The notes below the pieces were generated by a model. That model was not told the DNA's origin, did no database searches, and saw only the letters and a list, made by a program, of their open reading frames with translations. Of a DNA stretch of 64,000 bases, positions 55,001-64,000 are shown piece by piece; positions within the stretch are counted from its first letter, which is position 1, and each line of letters opens with the position of its first letter. Made by a program: the position numbers and the translations under genes. Where the stretch lies: contig NC_087438.1 in NCBI RefSeq assembly GCF_036321535.1, forward strand, positions 13,766,001-13,830,000, read 5' to 3'. The stretch is from Camelus dromedarius. Taxonomy: Eukaryota.

Positions 55001-55739
55001 GTTCTGGAAAACACATGAAATATAGAAATTGCTCAAACATAGTTTTTCAAGGGTTGTTTAAAAAAAGTAAGTAAATGTGAAAGAAGAAAAGGTGAGAGAC
55101 AGAAGATTTCAAAGTAGGGATTTCCAAGTCTAAGAAACTCACCTCTAACTATGATATTAAATAAATCATTGGAACTTCATATTATATGATAGTTACTTTT
55201 GGAAAATAAATTTTTATATAACACTATGTGATATGTTTTGTTTGAGGTATTAAAAATAACTGATACAGTTTAAATAAGGCATCAATTTGGTCTTTGGTAT
55301 TTACATATTATTACCTTCTAGTCCAAAAAAAACAAAGTGTTTTATAACTCAAACAATGATTATAGTGGCTAGACATATTTATCCAGTGAAGAATAAATTT
55401 ATATGAACAAATACTGTTCTTAGAAGTATCTCCTTTGCCCTCATTTTAATGCATTTTTACTAGGATGAGTAAATTGGTCAAAGTAAATGACCCCCCACAA
55501 TCAAAACCCTGAAATGTAAGTTGCTTATCACTTTTTCTTTTTTTTTTTTTTTTTTTTGACCTTCTCAAGATCTATTCCTAAATGGGTAATTATCTTTTGG
55601 AAATAATTCAAGTAGTCTAATATTCCTCCTGTAGGTACGTATAACTCTGTAATCTTTAAGATACCTTTACTGAATGACAAATAGACATTACTGAAAGACT
55701 GACTTTCGTAAAAGAGAAATCTACCCATGGTCCCTATTC

Positions 55740-56200
55740 TGTTTAGAGGAAAAATAAACTCAGTGACATTGGTGAATAAGTTCCACTGAATCATCTGAAA
55801 TCTAAATCCACTTTCTCTTAACATCTTACATCATTTTTATTTCCCTACGTGAATCCTCTATTCCACATAGAACCTTTGGACCATTGTTTGAACGGCTCCT
55901 TCTGCTTCTGCCTCCCTCTGCACTTGTGTCATCTCGCATGTCCTCTGGAGGACCTCAGCATTGCACACAACTAACATAGGTTTAATGTGACCCTTCCACC
56001 TTTTCTCGTGTTGTATCTGAGACTATTTTAGAACAGTTGCCACTTTTTGCTTTATATTATATTGTCTATAGCTTTTCACATGGAAGTCTTAACTCTCAAG
56101 CGGACTTCTTTCTTTTTACTCTCTTCACAGTGCTTGGGATAGTATCTTACAGGTAATGCATTTAGAAGAGCTTACTCAATAAATAAGTGTTAGAGTGTAT
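55740..56200 (+). mobile_element. L2 3' end relic
   Basis: Pyrimidine-rich, ending cacagtgcttggga.agta....caggta....ctcaataaata..tgtt.gagtg.atgaatg. Confidence 0.55.
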
Positions 56201-57008
56201 GAATGCCTGTTGGGAACTCAGGCATTTGAAATGGCACTTTGAAAATGGCAGTAAATGCTTTCAAGTAAGAATTTGATGCATTTTGACATAAGAAAAATTA
56301 TCTTGATAAAATCATTAAGGTGACACTAAGATGGCCCATTTCTCTATTTTGAAAGCCAATATTGCTGGACAGTAAGACACCACCATCCGGTGGACCCCCT
56401 TTCACTTATAAATGGCACCTATCTTTCTCACAGAATGTAATTTCAAGAGCTTTTGAATGTCTATTTTCTCCACCCACTTACACCTAAGTCTTTAAAAACA
56501 AATCAGTATTAAAATAGATTTAATGTTTCTATAATGTTGAAGGGCAAAAATCCTTCATTCCCATAGACTCGGCAAAGTGGATAAATGTAATCATTCCTTA
56601 CTTGCCTAAAAGCAATTTTTTGCATCAGTGCTTCAAGTAAGAATATGTTCTGCTTTTCTTTGATCTCTTATTTCATAAAAATAAGCAAAAAAAAAAAAAA
56701 CCCAAAACAATACAAAACACAACCCCCTCACTACATCTTTTATTGGTATAAGGAAAAGGAAGAACATGTCTTTTGACATACTAAAAACTGTCACTACTAA
56801 TATTTTTATTTTAAAATGATATATTTGGAATCTTTGAAAAAAGTTCTATGCTAGTTTTATCTTCAGATGATTGTGGGCTACTTTTGACTGCAAGGTTTTT
56901 AATCCTGTATTATAATAAGATTTACCTTCTGCAGATGAGGTAGAAAATAAAAATTGAAGTGGTTTTGTTTCTTTCAGCTAATATTAATTTGCCTTTAACC
57001 CTAAGGAT

Positions 57009-57040
<32 letters not shown>

Positions 57041-58315
57041 ATTTAAATTTGAGTCATATATCTCCCAAGAACCCTTCCAAGATTTGTTCTATTCTTGAAA
57101 TTGAAAGCCAAATAAATTAATTGAATGTTACCATACCTTGAAGCTAAGTACAATTTGAGTTTGAAAAATGGGACTACTGCCTCCTTCCAGAATAGTCAGC
57201 TTTAGAGTTCTGCTTTGTTGAACAGCTGATCAAGCACTGTCCACACTAAAAAGCAGGTGAAGACTTAACCCCAAAGTATTGGATCTATGCATGTTCCAGT
57301 ACCTATGACCATGCTCAGTTAACTGACACTTTCTGATGGCTCTTGACATGAATGAGTCTACCTCAATTTCTGTGTGTTTTCCCTATTTATTCAGCTAAAC
57401 TGAAAAGACAACAAATCAAAGTTATGGATGCAGGTCTGTATGAACAAATAAAACAATGATTAATCATTTATTTAAGCTTTCAACACTGCTGAAAATGGTG
57501 GACTGAGTACATCGCCCTTCCTCTACTCAGACTTCTGACTATACTGCGGCACACTAAGAGTTTAAGTCGGAGCACTTCTTAGCATGTAATAGCCACACTG
57601 TGTCCATTAAATCATCATTTATAAAATTTTGATTTATTAGTATATGATCATTTTATCTGCTCTGTGAAACTACATCTGTGAATCTGCTTCGATCAGTGAT
57701 AACACTGAAGGTTAGGATGAATCTGAATACAAAACAAAAAGCCAAGAAAATGTTCATCAACTTCTAGCTGAATCTTCCATATGCTGGGTATTAAAATTTT
57801 GTATGCATCACATATTTGGATCATATCAATATCTAAGTCACTATTTTGTATATTCTTTTACTCTCCAAATACTCTTCAAGAAGATACATGTGTGTGCATA
57901 TGATGTGTATGGGTGTGTGGTTACATGAATGTGATTTCTTTCAGAATATTTCCCTTCTACCAGGTTCTGGGAAAGTCACAACTTAACTTTATAGAGCTTT
58001 ATCTTAGGGATAATTTCCTCTTCAAATCTGTGTATGTACAGATTTGTCCTAGAAAGAATTTGCAGTGATAGGTCTTGAGTAATTTCTGCAAGAACTATGT
58101 TTGCACAAAGGATATTTGGAATGTATAAAGCCTAATAAGAAACACATTGTAAAAAATGTATAACTGTATTTCTTCTTTTTTGGTAGCCACCACATTGTAT
58201 GGGGTTCTTTTGCAGAAAATACTTTAATTGGAATAAGTAAATTGATTTCAAAGCTATATTTTATTTAGATCTATAAATATCAACCAAGGCTTACAACATG
58301 TGCCGAGACACACTA

Positions 58316-58385
58316 GTGATTCCGTATGGAATCACACATATTCCATATGGAATCACACTTATTCCATACGGAATAACATATACCA
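58316..58385. repeat. 3 x 21-bp tandem repeat of palindromic unit ATTCCATATGGAAT
   Basis: Units start at 58319, 58340 and 58361. Confidence 0.92.
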
Positions 58386-60904
58386 TAGCTGATTATCCAT
58401 GGCCAGAAAGTGCTCAGAGTATGTGCAAACTCTGTACACTAAACTCTTTGAGAATTACCTTAAATTTAACACTGATAAGCTGAAGCTTTTAAAGCAAAGT
58501 ATTGGGTGTTAAATGACTTTGGTCCATTTACAGAGCATTTATATATCATTATTGTTTTTTTGACTCAAAGTAGAGCAATAAAAAATATGAGACCCAATCC
58601 ATCCATATATTAATGATATAATTGCTTAGCTTTGGAGTTTATATAAAAATAATATTTGGAATGTTTTCATTAACAAAACTCTAAAACAAATCGACACAGG
58701 AACATATAATTTCAATACTACAGAAGCTCCAATTTGCCTCTATATTCGATTTAATATCAGGGGCTTAGAAGCATTAAAAATTAATGTGTAATTAAAATTG
58801 GAAGGATCTGAGGTGCTTTTTCAGCAAAATCAGGGAAATATTTTCTTACTCAAAACCATGCAGAAGACCTTGGCTTTTACATTTAAATTGTTTAACATAT
58901 GCACACATTCTCACACAGTCTCATCTTTCAAGCCTTTTATCTGTGAAGTTGCCAGATGAATACTAAAAAAAATAAATAAATAAAATAAGAAAGCAAAACA
59001 AAACAAAATTGTGAATAGTTCATCAAAAATCTAAATCCAAAAGCCTAAAGGACTTCCAAAACCTTGTTTTCCTGGTCCATTTTGCATAGGAAATTCAAAA
59101 CACCTATATCCACATTTGCTCTTCACAGGTGTACCCTTCTTTTAGGGTGAATGTAGTCCAGCATTAGAATAATCAGAGTGTGTACCTCCAGAGGTTATTC
59201 CCCAAAGCCCCTGAGTGTCTGATTTGATTTAGCTTTATATTGGAAAGCATACCATTATGATATTTTTAAAAAATGATAAAGCATCATCTGGAAAGCTAAA
59301 TGTAAAAACTTAAATTACATTTTATTCCTCAGGCTGAAAACACAAATTGAGAAATATTCAAATTAAATTTACTTACTTCCCATGCCTCAAAACTGAAAAA
59401 TAATAGCACAGGGCAGTTCCAAACAGAGGCAAAATTCAAAATTTTGCACATCAGTAGAGTCAGACAGAAAAATATCACATAACTTCTGAGGACTCTGGAT
59501 TATAGTAAATGTAAAGAGCAATGGAAAAACTTCCCCTTGAAATAAATCTTAATTTGAGGGTTCCAAAATTCCTATGTGTCTGAAATACATAAACGTGGTC
59601 ATTTTTGAAGAATAGGATCATTATGCTATGAATTTTTATTTCAAGACCAATATCAATAACAGCAACTATTATTGAAACAGTTTAGGGGAAAACCCCCAAG
59701 AAATTCTGAGAAAATCAGCTTATCTGGAAAAATATGGAGTTAAACTTTTATATTATATGTTTAGTTAGTGGTTGCTTGACTGTTGATGGTTTCATGAAAT
59801 TCTCCCTTGATAATATATTTTACTCAAAATGTATGTCACTATGTATTTATAAGCAAATAGAATTAGAAAATTAGATAGTGTTCGTAACCCTGTAAGGTAG
59901 GCAGGGAAGTCTTTGCCATCTCTGTTTTGCAGTTTGGGACCCTGAAGCTCAGTGGCTTTAGGAGATGTATATGAGAATAGTTAAATATGAACCTCCTATT
60001 ATTTTGCTCCTAGTCCTACACGATTTTTGGTAGATCCCAAACACAAAGGGCTAATCAGTTAGTGAGATGGGGCAAGTCTGAGCCTCTGTGAAGAAGGACC
60101 ATAAGTCTATGAAGTTTATGTAAATAGGATATTCTTTTCAGACTACACAGCTATCCTATGAGTTACATTCTTTTGGTGACTGCCAGGTTAAACATAAGCA
60201 AATGAGACTGAAGTCTAAACCAATCAGCAAAATTTTTGACAATTTTGGGTACAGGGACATTCAGAACTACTGGTATAAATGTACTAAAACATATGGGAAA
60301 AAAAAGAATAGAGTTACTCAACGTTTTGTAAAGGATATGGTCTGTAGCTATTTTCTTAAAATTAAATCTTTCCCTGACATATCAGATGATCTGAGTATAT
60401 CTTAAAACATTCATTTCATCCATTTAAAAACAGGGGGGTTCTCCTGTTAAAATAAAGGGGGCAGGCAGGACAGAGACAGTAGTCTCTGTGCTTGAGAGCC
60501 GTGCACGGCTGGTGCACAGAAGTTGCATACATCATAGTGCAAGCAGCAAATCCCCATGTTCCATCAATTTCGTATGGAGAAAAGAAGTGGGGAGGGCAAA
60601 GGAAAAAGCACATCCAAGTCTGTGACAGGGTGGCCTGGTTTATGGGAAATACCTTAAGCCATTTCAACAGGAGACAAAGCTAATGAGGTGTGTCACAATA
60701 ACACGGTGTAGGTCTCAAGCGTCCACCCAGAAAAGCGGAAAAAGAGGTCGTGATTACCTTCGCAAGTTTCATTTTTGCAGTGTACCACCCGCTAGACATC
60801 AGAGCCAGAAGTGCTTTTGAACATTTTTGTTTAGTTTTGCTTTTGAAAAGAATTCACAAAATATTGAAACAAATATCATTGTTTGGCTTAATTCAGGTAT
60901 TCTT

Positions 60905-61185
60905 CATTAAACAGTACACAGACTTTATTGAGCAATTGAAAATATACACAAGGAACAATAGCTTTTTCTCTGTTGTTTTTTTTTTGTTTGTTTTAATTTG
61001 ACTTTCTTCCGATTAAATAACCCAGTTTCAATCATGAAAAGGGCACTTGTTTCTTCCGTAGCTGTGCTCAGCTTGCTCAGTTCCAAGTACTGTTCCCAAG
61101 CATCTCGCTTGCCATTGCTGAGGTTTTTAATCTCCACTTGCTCAGGAAGCAAATTCTAGAAGGCTGCAAGAACTGCCCCCCAACC
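60905..61185 (-). other. CDH18: Probable proximal 3' UTR of CDH18
   Basis: Repeat-free sequence between the stop codon and the first AATAAA on the minus strand. The cleavage position is estimated. Confidence 0.65.
60924..60929 (-). terminator. Polyadenylation signal AATAAA of CDH18
   Basis: TTTATT on + at 60924-60929. A UGUA (CFIm-type) element lies ~16 nt upstream in transcript sense, and U/GU-rich sequence lies downstream. Confidence 0.65.
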
Positions 61186-61676
61186 CTAAGTTGTTCTTTC
61201 AGATTCTATTTCTCCATAGAGTTCCGCTAGCTTCTTAAACTCGGGTCCCCAGTCTCCAAGGTACTGGAAATCCTGGTCTGACTGCGTGGTCGCTGAGTCC
61301 AGCGAGCTGATGGACCCCGCTTCCGAGCGCTGGCCCTCGTAGGCGTAAGTCTGAAGAGAGTCGTAAGGGGGGACGCTGGGGTCCAGGTCGGCTTCCGCCA
61401 GTCTTTGCTTAATGAATTCCTGAACATCTATGCTCTCCAGGGTGGACAACGCCTGGTGCCTGGGGGCAAGTTTCACTTCGGGTCTGATGTCTCTGCGGTA
61501 CTTGAGCTCCTCGGCGGCAGACGGGTTCCTCAGCGCCGTGATGTCAAAGGCCTCCGTGTCCTCCTCGCCGCCCCCCTCGTCATCGTAGGTGACCACGTTC
61601 TCCCGCACGTCCTCCTCGGAAATGATCAGGGGCTCTTTCTTGCTGCGTCTCAGGGTGATAAAAAGTACTACGATCG
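61186..61676 (-). CDS. CDH18: Terminal coding exon of cadherin-18 (type II classical cadherin): end of transmembrane helix plus the whole cytoplasmic domain. Partial gene; upstream exons lie beyond the window.
   Basis: Translation reads (A)[45 protein letters not shown]...[17 protein letters not shown]...[25 protein letters not shown]. It has the p120-catenin-binding [10 protein letters not shown] core and the beta-catenin-binding PPYDSL..YEG / WGP.FKKLA motifs. The C-terminus GEIESERTT matches CDH18 as I recall it. On the minus strand a polypyrimidine tract plus AG (61677-61678) precedes the exon (phase 1), and TAG is at 61186-61188. Confidence 0.95.
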
Positions 61677-61720
61677 CTAAGGAAAAGAAGAAGGAGGAGG
61701 AAGGGTTAGAAAAAGAAGAA
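61677..61720 (-). promoter_or_regulatory. CDH18: 3' splice site (polypyrimidine tract + AG) of the last CDH18 intron
   Basis: Minus strand reads ...CCTTCCTCCTCCTTCTTCTTTTCCTTAG|CGATCGTAGTA; cadherin similarity stops exactly here. Confidence 0.92.
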
Positions 61721-62037
61721 GGAAATTCCGGGCGATTTGACATCAGCAGTTCCCAACCACGGTCATCAACTGCTCTCCTTTTAGGCTTACGCAGTAACAC
61801 GGCCCTGCTCCCTGCCCTTGCTGCACACCACTGCAGGACTTTTTAGCATCCCAAAGAAAGTGGAAAACGATTCTCTCTACAAAACAACACTGGGGACTGC
61901 TGATCTTCTGGGGAACGCCATGATATTCTCATGTGCCAGGCAGTGCCTTCAGGATCCGTGGCTCAGGTTGTTGTGTTTATACGGAGCGGAAAAGATGCTG
62001 CAAAAGCAGAATGAAATCTTGACTGGGAAACAATGGG

Positions 62038-62039
<2 letters not shown>

Positions 62040-62122
<83 letters not shown>
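62040..62122. repeat. Compound microsatellite (TG)~25(TCTG)~8 in CDH18 last intron
   Basis: Direct reading. Confidence 0.97.
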
Positions 62123-62125
<3 letters not shown>

Positions 62126-63134
62126 AGATACCTAGTCCTTCTAGGGACATACACTAAGGGCAGGATATTTTCAGTTTCCGTAAAACAGAAAGAAGGGCCC
62201 TGTACCTTTAATCCTTTCCTTTTGATGTTTAGAGGAAATCAAATTAGTAATATTTTACGTCCTTTGGCCTTTAGAATAGTAGTATCATGCATTATTAACT
62301 GCATTTATCTGTCAAGCTGCAAAAGATGTTATTGTACTTGCACACAGTTTGTTTCATAGGAATTTTTCCATTTACATAATGCTCTTTGCATAAACTTTCT
62401 TTTCCTTTTTTATTTTCTTATGTTTTCATTTTTATACATTTTTTTTCTGCTTGTTTTTTTTTTTTTAATTGAAGTAGAGTTCCTCACAGCGAAGCTGGGG
62501 ATTTCCTTATTTTTAAAATGAGGAAACTGACAGGATAAATTGCATGATAAAATGTAAAACAACAACAACAACAAAAATACCAAGTAATCGTAAGATCACA
62601 GAAATGGCAGGTGGAAAAGCTTGGGTTGCAGTTTATGACTTCTCACATCAAAGGTGATGATGTTCCCATTACTATACTCAACTTTGCTATTTATATAAAA
62701 ATACAGAACAAGGAACTGAGTGACCTGTTGGGCGTGTGGCTTAGGCTAATTCACCAAATACAGGGAATTAATTCTTACTACCAATAATGCTGTAACCATT
62801 GGATAAATTGTTAGAAAATGGTCTTGGCTATTTTGCTTTGGCTGTTTTTCAGTAGTTTCAAATTATTCTATTTGATAGTATTAAATCGTTACCAAAGAAA
62901 AAGAATTACCTCATTTCTACTTTGTGTCATTAGGCCCAGTATCATTTACTTCACCTCTACAGAATGTTTTCTTCTTGTTGGCCGATATTCTAGGCTTTAT
63001 AATATTACTTAGTATTTTAAACATTCCTTACAAAATAATAATCAGAGAAGTATATTCAAGCATAATGTAGAGTTGTTAGATTTAGCAAATAATGCAGGAC
63101 ACTCAATTAAATATAAATTTGAGGTGAACAACAA

Positions 63135-63530
63135 AAATATATGTATATGTATTATACATATGTATGAGATGAAGCAGAACAAAAATACATGTGTAATATA
63201 TGTATATATGTGTTTACACACTATATATATATGTACATATATATACAATGAAGTATGTTCCATGCAATATGCAAATATTTTATAAATAGTTTATATATTT
63301 ATATATACATACACACATATATATATTTATATACACACACACAGACACACACATATATACACATACACATCCCAATGTTATGCATGGGACACATTTGTGC
63401 TATAATATATTACAGCATATATATCTTAAGTACATTATAGCATTTTATATTCACACACATATGTATAGCATAAGTATGTCCCATGCAATATATCTGTAGG
63501 TGTATACATATATACACACACACACATGAA
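63135..63530. repeat. Degenerate (TA/CA)n low-complexity tract with embedded inverted repeats
   Basis: Alternating purine-pyrimidine runs, with a repeated aagtatgt(t/c)ccatgcaatat motif in both orientations. Confidence 0.8.
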
Positions 63531-64000
63531 CACAGGTATATTTTTTTATCTGAAATTCACATTTCTATCCTGTATTCTGTGTGTTTATCTATGTATGTAT
63601 GTCTGTGCACTGTATTTTATTTGGCAATCCTGATTATATGCAAGCTTTAACAAATGGTCATGAAGCAAATGAACACCAGGTTAGCTATCCTCTGATAAAA
63701 AACATACCCGACACCCTCGCAACCACCCTTTTACCCCTCACCTCTAAAAAGTTACTTCTGTTCTTGCTTTGCTATTATTTCTTTGCTCCTCTTTATAGTT
63801 TAACCCCTTGTTATGTACATCCCTAAACAATACAGATAAGCTTTGCCTGTATTGGAACTAGATGTCATCGTGTGTATGTGCTTCTAAGACTTGACAATAC
63901 GGAGAGGATGAGTAATAGATATTCAAGCCAGAAGTGAGGATGATAGTTATGAACGGGAAGTCCACTCTGTGTGGGAAGAGGGGGGTCACATGTCCAGGGT

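Larger units (their letters stand above)
61677..64000 (-). other. CDH18: Last intron of CDH18 (partial)
   Basis: Lies upstream of the acceptor on the minus strand. It contains simple repeats and a MIR-like relic, and no further cadherin exon is visible. Confidence 0.85.

Noticed and set aside
58316..58385. CRISPR-like palindromic repeats
   Set aside because: No unique spacers, no cas genes, mammalian context.
61677..61800. N-terminal 40 aa of the 204-aa ORF in the track
   Set aside because: Intronic read-through past a clear splice acceptor; no cadherin similarity.
61405..62359. Plus-strand ORFs antisense to CDH18 or through the (TG)n
   Set aside because: Shadow ORFs from GC-rich codons and microsatellite translation (VCVCVC).

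Overview
This is mammalian, AT-rich, repeat-dense genomic DNA. It is not prokaryotic, and I found no operons, CRISPR arrays, rRNA or true tRNA genes. A tRNA-derived SINE at ~12.55-12.69 kb resembles the camelid Vic-1 family, so the host is probably a camel, alpaca or llama (inference from recalled consensus). The only supportable protein-coding sequence is the last coding exon of a type II classical cadherin, recognised as CDH18, on the minus strand (61186-61676). It has a clear splice acceptor, stop codon, short 3' UTR and AATAAA signal, and 61677-64000 is its last intron. The other ~60 kb is downstream gene desert filled with L1, L2, MIR, MaLR (MLT1), ERV solo LTRs, hAT-type DNA transposon relics and microsatellites. 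All other ORFs in the track look spurious. I do not see a convincing new biological system. The most unusual items are (1) a ~1.56 kb GC-rich foreign segment that splits an MLT1 LTR and has target-site-duplication hallmarks, (2) a CpG-island-like, GC3-rich CDH18 terminal exon, (3) a nested LTR with a co-oriented sister copy 28.6 kb away, (4) a head-to-head L1 pair, and (5) a small tandem array of palindromes. Repeat family names come from remembered consensus sequences and most repeat boundaries are approximate. No database search was run.
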